The position numbers and the translations under genes were made by a program. Under the pieces are notes generated by a model that searched no databases, had not been told where the DNA came from, and saw only the letters and a program-made list of their open reading frames with translations. A stretch of DNA of 64,000 nt, taken from NCBI GenBank assembly GCA_944363935.1, contig CALVVT010000073.1:4226-68225 (forward strand). Reading direction: 5' to 3'. The stretch comes from an uncultured Bacilli bacterium. GTDB lineage: Bacteria > Bacillota_I > Bacilli_A > RF39 > UBA660. Of the stretch, positions 30,444 through 38,881 are shown one piece after another; within the stretch, counting starts at the first letter, position 1, and every line of letters begins with the position of its first letter.

Positions 30444-31550
30444 TTAAAATTTATTTTTATATAAAAAATATTTAGTATTAGCGACCATAAAATAACCATT
30501 ATAACTAGCTAATACTTGTTTATAATTAGATTTTTTTTGTTTTTTCAGTCGTTTTAATTTTCTTTTCACTCGTTTTTTAGTTTGATTATTAAGTAAAATT
30601 AATAATTTTTTTTCTTTAAGTTTAAACTTATATCCTAAAAAATTTACCCCTTTATTTAAATCATATATTTGGGTTTTTTTATTTAAAGATAACCCTAATT
30701 TTTGAACCTTTCGATTAATCTCTACTAAACACTCTTTTAAAAATTCTTTATTATGATGAATTAAAATAAAGTCATCCATATATCTTATATAATATTTAAT
30801 TTGTAATTTTTCCTTAATAAAATGGTCTAGTTCATTTAAATAATAAATGGCTAAAATTTGACTCGTTTCATTACCAATTGGCAACCCTTTACCTTTTTTA
30901 TATCTAGGCAAATAATTTAGTTCTTGAAACTTACAAAAAATATCTGGGATGCTTTTCTGTCTTAATTTTTCTTTTTCTTTAGCTATTAAATTATCAATCT
31001 GATTATTAATATATTTAGCGTCAGTACTGTCGATAATATTTTTTAAAACATCAATTATTTCAAAATCAGGAATATCTTTAATTAATTTTTGTAATAAAAT
31101 TTCATGATTAATATTATAAAAATACTTACTAATATCACATTTTAAAACGTATATTTGATCATAATTTTGTTTTAATTTATTAATATATTTTTTTATATAA
31201 TAAATACCTGCTTTAGTACCTTTACCACTTCTAGTAGCAACATTTGTTTCCACTAATTTAGGAATTAAATAAGGAATTAAAACATATTTACTGATCAAAT
31301 GATTAACTATTTTATCTAAAATTCTTTCACTCATAACTATTCGGTATTTCGGTTCAGATATTAAAAATAAACTATATTGTCCGTGAGTATAAGTTCGAGA
31401 CTTTAATAAGTACAAAATTTTAGTTATATTAGAAGAAAAAGCCAGTTCAAATCTAACTAACTTTTGCTGATGACAGGTATTTAAACGAATTTTATAATAA
31501 ATTTTCAGTATTTTATCTATTGAAAGAAGATTATCATAAGTTATTTTCAT
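30444..31550 (-). CDS. Diversity-generating retroelement reverse transcriptase
   Basis: 368 aa RT domain. Motifs: EPKYRIVMSERILDKIVNHLI, the DGR-specific GLPIGNETSQILAIYYLNELD (I/LGxxxSQ in place of the group II QG) and YIRYMDDFIL (YxDD). There is no maturase or endonuclease domain. Confidence 0.9.
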   Translation of the reverse strand: MKITYDNLLSIDKILKIYYKIRLNTCHQQKLVRFELAFSSNITKILYLLKSRTYTHGQYSLFLISEPKYRIVMSERILDKIVNHLISKYVLIPYLIPKLVETNVATRSGKGTKAGIYYIKKYINKLKQNYDQIYVLKCDISKYFYNINHEILLQKLIKDIPDFEIIDVLKNIIDSTDAKYINNQIDNLIAKEKEKLRQKSIPDIFCKFQELNYLPRYKKGKGLPIGNETSQILAIYYLNELDHFIKEKLQIKYYIRYMDDFILIHHNKEFLKECLVEINRKVQKLGLSLNKKTQIYDLNKGVNFLGYKFKLKEKKLLILLNNQTKKRVKRKLKRLKKQKKSNYKQVLASYNGYFMVANTKYFLYKNKF

Positions 31551-32182
31551 TAACTTTTAATACTTTCTAAAACATATTTATCGTTAATTTTTTTATAATT
31601 ATAAGTTTTTAAAGTTCCATTATCTAATATGTTATTTAAATTATCTTTATTATATTCACCGATATCATTATTATCTAAATTATAAACATTATTATCTTTT
31701 ATATAAGCAATTTTTACATTTAATTCTAATTTATTATTATCATTAGTATAACCATATAATTTAGACACATATTTATTTTCACAAGAATACTTTTCTCTAG
31801 TAATAACGTCATTATCTAAATTATAAATATAACCATTATAAACATAATTTTGAACATTTGGCGCTTTAACATCACCAAGGATTTTTTTAGTACTTGTTTG
31901 ATAATCTTTTAAAGAAATTTTATCTTTTAATAAATTATCCTTATTCATTTGACCAAAAATTAAATCTAAAAGACTTTTATCTTCTAATTTATCGACATTT
32001 CCATCATTAATAACCGAGCATTCATTAACAGCAATCGCATCATACAAATCTTCAGCAACCTCGTGTTTTACTAAATTGCTAAAAGTTTGCGCTAGTTCTT
32101 TATTTTTTACTATCAATATTAATACTGTAATTAACACTATAATAATCAATAAAATAATAATTATTACTTTTTTATTCTTCAT
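31550..32182 (-). CDS. Membrane-anchored hypothetical protein encoded between avd and the RT
   Basis: 210 aa with an N-terminal TM and an Asn/Asp/Tyr-rich ectodomain. It is translationally coupled to avd (11-nt overlap) and to the RT (shared nucleotide). Confidence 0.5.
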   Translation of the reverse strand: MKNKKVIIIILLIIIVLITVLILIVKNKELAQTFSNLVKHEVAEDLYDAIAVNECSVINDGNVDKLEDKSLLDLIFGQMNKDNLLKDKISLKDYQTSTKKILGDVKAPNVQNYVYNGYIYNLDNDVITREKYSCENKYVSKLYGYTNDNNKLELNVKIAYIKDNNVYNLDNNDIGEYNKDNLNNILDNGTLKTYNYKKINDKYVLESIKS

Positions 32183-32525
32183 TACTAGTCTCCCTCTTTC
32201 TTAAACCATTAATCATTTTTCTTATTTCAATTAAAAATCTACCAATAACTGTAAACTGGTGATAACTTATTATTTTTTTATCCAATGAAACTTTTGTATA
32301 AAAGTCAAGCATCGAAAGTTCTACTGATAAATCTTTTAAATATTTATCTTTAATTCGTATACTAGTATTAATGTTATAAGCAAAAATGTTTTTAATTAAA
32401 GAATAACATGTTTTTTCAATATTGTTTTTTAATACAATTTCTTTTTTAGGATAATTAATAAGTAATTTATTAATATAATTAATTGTTTTATAAGAATTAT
32501 TTAAAATTTTAAAATTATAATTCAT
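32172..32525 (-). CDS. avd: Accessory variability determinant (Avd-like four-helix-bundle protein)
   Basis: About 118 aa starting at MNYNFKILNN with RBS GGAGA (the ORF track extends it to 32558). The size, basic composition and position between TR and RT match DGR Avd. Confidence 0.65.
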   Translation of the reverse strand: MNYNFKILNNSYKTINYINKLLINYPKKEIVLKNNIEKTCYSLIKNIFAYNINTSIRIKDKYLKDLSVELSMLDFYTKVSLDKKIISYHQFTVIGRFLIEIRKMINGLRKRETSNEE

Positions 32526-32767
32526 TTTTTCTCCTTCAATAAGTGTGGCTGGAGACAAAAAGTCTCCACCACTAATATAGCGATAGTTATATAAATACTT
32601 TAATAGTCATATAACGTCTATATTATCTTTTTAGGCTTTAATCCAAGGAATTAACCTTGTTTCCAATCTAAATTAGATTATTGCTTTCGCAACTACTTCC
32701 TCTGGTTATGAGCCGTAGCCAAATAACATCACGGTTCATTAGTAAATAATCACTAATTGTAGTAGGA

Positions 32768-32877
32768 AATTGGGCGGACGCCGTTGCTATTCCAAGTATT
32801 AGTGTTAGTGAGCTCGCCCGTGGCAGTCACGTACATCTCATTAGCATTGAACCAATTGTTGAAGTTCGACGGCGACA
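32768..32877 (-). repeat. DGR template repeat (TR)
   Basis: 110 bp, 95/110 identical to the VR. On the coding (minus) strand it encodes SPSNFNNWFNANEMYVTATGELTNTNTWNSNGVRPI, rich in AAC/AAT codons, and ends in GGCGTCCGCCCAATT. Confidence 0.92.
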
Positions 32878-32919
32878 AAACTGTACAAACTTATAAGGTT
32901 AATCCCTGTATGCGACGTT

Positions 32920-32949
32920 GGGCCAAAAATGAAGAGTCATTTTTGGCCC
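32920..32949 (-). promoter_or_regulatory. Perfect 13-bp stem / 4-nt loop hairpin between the target gene stop and the TR
   Basis: GGGCCAAAAATGA-agag-TCATTTTTGGCCC with no U-tract. A second 11-bp hairpin overlaps the stop codon at 32973-32999. Confidence 0.7.
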
Positions 32950-32981
32950 ATCTGCTCGCTATTTTGTTTTCGTAGTTGTTT

Positions 32982-35899
32982 CTACGAAACAACAAATGGG
33001 TCTTCAATTGTTCCGCTTCCAGTTACTGTTAGATTTTCAGAATTTAGATTGATAACTGGGCGGACGCCGCGGCTATCCCAAGTACCAGTGAAAGTGAGCT
33101 CGCCCGTGGCAGCCACGTACAGCTCATAAGCATAGAACCAATTGCTGAAGAACGACGGCGACATGGTCCAGTATGTAGTTCCCGTATATAAATAATATAA
33201 AGAATTTACTGATCCATTTATTCCACCAGCCATATTTACTTCGTCAGCAGTGATTAAACCAACTGAATAATTTAATTTCTTATTTCCTCTATTTACACTA
33301 AAACTATCGTTTTCTTCACACATTAAGGTTGGTCCAAGTTTTCCTTGAGAGGCCCAATTCAAAAATCTTTCATATCCATATATTGTTGGATTTATTCCAT
33401 ACCCTAAATTATTATAAGTTCCACTATTTTTAGAAGATTTATTTCGGTTATTACAGAATACTGCATCTTTACTTATTTTATCATTAACACTTGTTAAATT
33501 ACTTTGATACCAACTATCTAGATAATCTTTCATAGTACTATCATTTACATTACTATGTGCTTCTTCCAAACTTGTCGTTCCATAAGCTTTTGCTTTTACT
33601 GTCATTGAAGTACTACTATTATATTTTGTTGTATAAAATAGTCTTTGACATGAAGCTGAAGCCGAAGTACTAAAACAGGTATAATATCCTACTTCATTAT
33701 TTGAAAGGGTTCCTGTATGTAAATCTCCTGATAATTTATAACCTCTACTGTTTTTATCAAAGGTATAACTTGTTCCAAAATAATATTTCGCACTGCTTGA
33801 AAGACTTGTATAAACAAACGTCATATCACCACTATCTGTTTCCACAAAATTATTAGCGTTTCCATACATATATCCTACATAAGTATTGTCATTGGTATAT
33901 GAATTAAAAGCACTTGTTCCTACCTGTCTATTACTACTTGCTTCACCATTGGTATAAGGTGTGGTTCCATCATATATCATTCTTATACTTCCATCACCAT
34001 TTACTCTGATTATTCTCCAGTACATATTATTAAATTTTACATAGTTTCCCCCAACACTTCCGCGGTAATAATATGTCGTTCCATCATTATCACTTCCAGC
34101 ATACATTCCAACTCCAGTTGTATCATAACTAGCGACTGACTGGGTATAATCATATTTTGTCATATTATAAGTTATCTGACCAGTTGAACTATTTGTACTT
34201 GTCGTTACATTAGTTATTTTGTATAAAGTCGTACAAGAAACATTTGTAGTTAAACAAGTATAATAATCTCCACTACTATAATCTATGCTTGATGGATCTT
34301 TTAAACTATAGCCTGTTAAAGTATATATTCCTGTTGTTTTATTAAAAGTATAGCCTGTTCCAATATTATCATAATATATATGACTATGAACCGTTGTATT
34401 ACTTGCATGAACTTCATTATATGAAGCACTTGGACTTGTAACCATAAAGTTTGGATTACCTTTACCTTCTATCTCTTGTTTAGCTAGTTCTATATTACTT
34501 TCTTTAGCTTCACTGGCTATTATACAATCTCCAAAATTATCTATATCATTATGTTCACAAAATGCTGCATGTCTTATTGTTGTTGTTTTGGCCATCGTTT
34601 CTGATATATTTCCAGCTTTATCTTTTACATATACTGTTACTAAATAATCGCCTTCTTCAAGAGTAGTAAATGTATAGTTTGGATTACTAGTTTCAACATA
34701 ACTTTTACCCCCATCTTTACTATAATAGTATGTAGATACTCCGCTTTCTTTATCATTTGCATCTACTTCAATAGTCATTGTGTCATCGTCTGGAGTTACT
34801 ATTACATTTGTTACTTCTGGAATATTACTATCAACATTATAATTATCTGTACATTTAATTTCTTCATTTCCTACTACATCTACGGCTTTTACACAGACTT
34901 TTTGACTATCTTTATTACTAGTTATTTGAACCATCCCTTTATTATCTGTAAGTTCTAGTTCTTTATCTGGAGTACAATCACTATTTCCTATACAGTATAA
35001 AGCTTTAGCTACTTTATCATTATCACTAACTTCAACATTTATATCAAGTCCCTTATACCAATTATTTTCACCTTTTATATTATCTCCCATTACTAATAAT
35101 ACTTTTGGTTTCGTTTTATCTAAAGTTTTAAATTTTGTACTAGAAAATACTACTTCTCCTTCTTCGTTTTCAGCTTTAACATAAAGCATATATTCTGTAT
35201 TTGGTTTAAGATTATGAATAGTATAACTATTATTATTTGTCTCATACCATTTATCATTATCTAATGAAAAATAGTATTTAATAGCATTTTCGGCGGTTAT
35301 TTTACTTGTTACACTTGTTTCATTTGGATTTACTTCTAAATCACTTATTTTAAATCCTTCTACTTCTATACTATCTGCATCTGAAAAATTAGTACTATTT
35401 CCTTTTTGAACATACTCTAATACTGTAGAAAAACTAAACTTTGTTTGTTCAGGTTGACTAGTTATATCTTCATTATATTTTAAAATAACATTAAACTTTT
35501 TTTCTGTTTCCGATAACAATTCTTCTTTAGCGGTTATCCCTTCTACCGAATATATAAGAACGTTTTGTTCTGGCGCATTTATTTTAATACTATCTAAAAC
35601 AGCATCTAAAGTTCCTTTATTTTCAACCGTTATTTCATAAGTTATACTATCTCCTGGCGCATAAAAGTTAGCTGTCATATTAGCCGTTAAATCATTCCAA
35701 TTTGGCTCTGTAGCATTTTCAGCATTGCCTTCGGTCTTTATAGTTTCAACATTTGTTATTCTAATATCCCAAATACTTGTTATATTACTGGTACCGTTAA
35801 TATTTAGTTTACTACTAAAAGCGGCATACCCTATTCCCATTAACATTAATAAACAGCATAAACCTAATATAACTACGTTGTTCTTTTTTCGTCTATGCA
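32982..35899 (-). CDS. DGR target: large secreted surface protein of the GIGYAAF family with repeated beta-rich modules and a C-terminal VR-bearing (C-type-lectin-like) domain
   Basis: About 972 aa from MHRRKKNNVVILGL (RBS AAGGAGG; the ORF track starts 34 nt upstream at 35933). N-terminus LMGIGYAAFSSKLNINGTSNITSIWDIRITN. The VR is 24-60 residues from the C-terminus. Confidence 0.85.
33055..33164 (-). repeat. DGR variable repeat (VR) at the 3' end of the target gene
   Basis: Encodes SPSFFSNWFYAYELYVAATGELTFTGTWDSRGVRPV. The 15 substitutions relative to the TR are all at TR coding-strand adenines (for example AAC to TTC, AGC or CGC, and AAT to TAT, GGT or GAT). It ends in the GC-rich GGCGTCCGCCCAGTT. 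Confidence 0.92.
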
Positions 35900-36002
35900 T
35901 AACATACCTCCTTATTTTATTTAAGTATAGCACATTTGTTGGGGGTAATGCAAGTATCTTATTTAGAAAAATATTATTTTATAAAATTATGGTGGTGGTA
36001 CT

Positions 36003-36212
36003 ATGATAAAAATAAATATCGAAGAACTTCTTAAAGAAAATGGAAAAAGTAAATATTGGCTTCGCCAAAAGATGAACATAACTTCCAGAAACCTTAATAA
36101 AATTATTAGAGGTGAAACTAATTCTATTTCTTTCAAATATATTGAAGAATTTTGTTACTACTTAAACTGTACTCCAGGAGATTTAATAACTATTGAAAAA
36201 GACAGGCCCTAG
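36003..36212 (+). CDS. XRE/Cro-type HTH regulator (69 aa), divergent from the DGR target gene
   Basis: KYWLRQKMNITSRNLNKIIRGET helix-turn-helix. Confidence 0.7.
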   Translation: MIKINIEELLKENGKSKYWLRQKMNITSRNLNKIIRGETNSISFKYIEEFCYYLNCTPGDLITIEKDRP

Positions 36213-36219
36213 CCTGTTT

Positions 36220-38016
36220 TTACATTACTAAATTATATATTTGGGTACTTAAAATACAAATAATTATTCCAGTAATTGTTGGAATCACAATAGATAAAAA
36301 TGTCCATTTTAGACTACCAGTTTCTTTTTTTATCGTTAAAACTGTCGTTAAACAAGGAAAATGAATAAGTGAAAACAAAATAACATTAATAGCGGTTAAA
36401 GTCGTCCAACCATTTTCTATAAATAACGTTTTTAAAACATTTAAATCAGGAGTTTCGATAAGCTGTCCTAGAGAAAGATAACTCATTATGATAATTGGAA
36501 TAACTATTTCATTAGCTGGAAAAGCTAGAAGAAAAGCTAAAAGAATAACTCCATCTAATCCCATTACTTTAGCAAATGGATTAAGAAAATTAGAACATAT
36601 TTCCAGTAATGTATTTCCATTTATCATAACATTAGCCATTAACCAAATAATAATACCAGCGGGAATGCTTGCTAATACTGCTCTTTTTAAAACAAAAATT
36701 GTTCTATCAAATATTGACCTAATAATTATTTTTAGAATTTCTGGTCTTCTATACGAAGGAAGTTCTAAAGTAAAAGAAGAAGGTATTCCTTTTAATAATG
36801 TTTTCGATAATATTTTAGTAACAACGAAAGTAATAAAAATTCCTAAAACAATAAATAAAGTTAAAATTAAAGCTTTTAATAAACTAGTTCCTGTAGTTAC
36901 TAAAAACATTGTAATCATAGAAATAATTAATGGAAATCTACCATTACAAGGAACAAAAACATTAGTTAAAATAGCCATTAACCTTTCTCTTGGAGAATCA
37001 ATTATTCTTGCTCCAGTTACCCCTACTGCATTACAGCCAAAACCCATAGCCATAGTTAAAGCTTGCTTTCCACATGATGCACATTTTTTAAAACATTTAT
37101 CAAGACAAAAGGCAATTCTCGGTAAATAACCTAAATCTTCAAGTAAAGTAAATAATGGGAAAAATATTGCCATAGGTGGTAACATTACAGATACGACCCA
37201 AGCTAAAACTCTAAATAGGCCATAAACAAGCATATTTATAATAGTAACTGGAATATGTAAAAACTCTAAAAAATTTAATAATGGTTTTTCAAAACTAAAA
37301 AGAAAATTATACAAAATATCAGAAAAATAATTAGTAAATACAATAGTTAACCAAAAAATAAATAAAAGCATTAATAACATTATAGGAATACTTAAATATT
37401 TACTAGTAACTATTTTATCAATTATCCTATCTTTTTTAAAACAATCTTTATTATGATATGTTACTACTTCTAAAGCAATTTCTCTTGCTTTATTAGATAT
37501 TTCAAAAGTATTTAACTTACTTTTAGAATTATTTTTATTAATTTTTGAAATACTTTCTAATAAATTATCTAATCCTTTTTTCTTTCTAGCAATTACTGGA
37601 ACAATTGGTATTTTAAGGATTTTTTCTAGTTTTTCATAATTTATTTCTATTTTTTTCTTTTTAGCTTCGTCAATTAAGTTTATACATAAAATTACTTTAT
37701 TAGTAACATTAAGAACTTGAAGGGCTAAAATTAAATTACGTTCTAATGCACTAGCATCACAAACAACAATTAAAGCATCATAATTATTACTATGAACAAA
37801 ATCTCTTGTAACTTCTTCTTCTTTTGAATGAGCTTTTAAAGAATAAGTTCCTGGTAAATCTTCAATTAAATAAGTTTTTCCTTGATATTTTTTTACACCA
37901 CTAGCTTTAACAACTGTTTTTCCTGGCCAATTACCTGTGTGCTGGTGCATACCAGTTAAAGCATTAAAAATAGTACTTTTTCCAACATTAGGATTACCAA
38001 TTAATCCAATTTTCAT
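36220..38016 (-). CDS. feoB: Ferrous iron transporter FeoB
   Basis: N-terminal G-domain (GNPNVGKSTIFNALTG) plus a polytopic permease domain; 598 aa. Confidence 0.95.
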   Translation of the reverse strand: MKIGLIGNPNVGKSTIFNALTGMHQHTGNWPGKTVVKASGVKKYQGKTYLIEDLPGTYSLKAHSKEEEVTRDFVHSNNYDALIVVCDASALERNLILALQVLNVTNKVILCINLIDEAKKKKIEINYEKLEKILKIPIVPVIARKKKGLDNLLESISKINKNNSKSKLNTFEISNKAREIALEVVTYHNKDCFKKDRIIDKIVTSKYLSIPIMLLMLLFIFWLTIVFTNYFSDILYNFLFSFEKPLLNFLEFLHIPVTIINMLVYGLFRVLAWVVSVMLPPMAIFFPLFTLLEDLGYLPRIAFCLDKCFKKCASCGKQALTMAMGFGCNAVGVTGARIIDSPRERLMAILTNVFVPCNGRFPLIISMITMFLVTTGTSLLKALILTLFIVLGIFITFVVTKILSKTLLKGIPSSFTLELPSYRRPEILKIIIRSIFDRTIFVLKRAVLASIPAGIIIWLMANVMINGNTLLEICSNFLNPFAKVMGLDGVILLAFLLAFPANEIVIPIIIMSYLSLGQLIETPDLNVLKTLFIENGWTTLTAINVILFSLIHFPCLTTVLTIKKETGSLKWTFLSIVIPTITGIIICILSTQIYNLVM

Positions 38017-38240
38017 AATTCTTCCACCATTATATTTTCGGTATCTTCTTTTCTAATAGCAATAACTGCTCCTTTAATCATATAAGCTACCATATCTTTT
38101 CCCGGACTAATCAAAACTGGTTTAATTATAGTTCCTGGAATAAGACCAATATCTAAAAATCTATTTTTAATATTTTCATTTGCTTTTACTTTAATAACTT
38201 TAGCTTCTTTATCTAAATTTAAATCATTTAAAGATATCAT
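38013..38240 (-). CDS. feoA: Ferrous iron transport protein FeoA
   Basis: 75 aa from MISLNDLNL with RBS GGGTGA. SH3-like FeoA domain (VIKVKANENIKNRFLDIGLIPGTII). The ORF-track version 38013-38357 is an upstream over-extension. Confidence 0.85.
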   Translation of the reverse strand: MISLNDLNLDKEAKVIKVKANENIKNRFLDIGLIPGTIIKPVLISPGKDMVAYMIKGAVIAIRKEDTENIMVEEL

Positions 38241-38316
38241 AAAAATCACCCACACTCTCATTTTAGTATATGAAAAAAATTTATTTTGGGCATAAAAAAA
38301 GAAGAATTTAAGTTCT

Positions 38317-38664
38317 TCAATTTTGTAATTGATAAGCATTATTTTCTGAACCATCACCTGATATAATTTGTACTTCTGGAGATAATGTTACTGTATATAA
38401 GGCATAATCTCCGGGACTTACTAAATTAGTACTAAATGATGCTGTAAGTCCATTCTCATTATCATAACTTGGTTCTACTGCATTAGTTGCTTTTCCATGT
38501 AAGTTACTTTCGATATTAGTTATTCTTATATCCCAGTTACTACTTATATTACTAGTACCAGTAATATTAAGCATACTACTAAAAGCGGCATACCCTATCC
38601 CCATTAATAATAATATTGAACATAATCCTAGTATAATTAAATTATTTTTCTTTCTCCTATTCAT
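38317..38664 (-). CDS. Small secreted GIGYAAF-family protein (about 115 aa)
   Basis: MNRRKKNNLIILGLCSILLLMGIGYAAFSSMLNITGTSNISSNWDIRITNIE...SGDGSENNAYQLQN. The start was chosen at the M with an RBS (the track start 38727 is an extension). Confidence 0.75.
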   Translation of the reverse strand: MNRRKKNNLIILGLCSILLLMGIGYAAFSSMLNITGTSNISSNWDIRITNIESNLHGKATNAVEPSYDNENGLTASFSTNLVSPGDYALYTVTLSPEVQIISGDGSENNAYQLQN

Positions 38665-38881
38665 TTTGATTTTCCTTCCCGTCATTATAATAATAACAAG
38701 TATTTTTATACTTCCTATTATTACCATTTATTTAATTACTATACATTTACTTACACTATAACATTTTATATTACTTTTTGTAACATAAAATGTATTATAT
38801 TTTTAATGTAAAATTTACTCCCCTTAATTTTAAAGGAATTATATAGTGTAAAGTTGACAGAAAAAAAGATAAGCATTTAAC

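Larger units (their letters stand above)
30444..35899 (-). other. Diversity-generating retroelement cassette: target gene (VR), TR, avd, hypothetical gene, RT
   Basis: See the component features. All 15 TR/VR mismatches are at TR adenines. Confidence 0.9.

Noticed and set aside
30444-31550. Group II intron or retron RT instead of DGR RT
   Set aside because: There is no maturase (domain X) or endonuclease extension and no intron RNA domain V/VI-like structure flanking the ORF. The LPIGNxxSQ motif replaces the group II QG-containing motif 4, and a cognate TR/VR pair with A-only changes is present. Retrons lack TR/VR.
35900-35933. Upstream in-frame extension (MLYLNKIRRYV) of the DGR target ORF, and similar extensions at 38665-38727 and 52926-52970
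   Set aside because: The downstream M is preceded by a strong RBS and aligns with the paralog N-termini (M-x-R-x-K-K-N-N). The extensions have no RBS.
38013-38357. 114-aa track ORF containing FeoA
   Set aside because: The N-terminal 39 aa overlap the upstream family gene and lack an RBS. The FeoA domain begins at the internal M (38240), which is preceded by GGGTGA.
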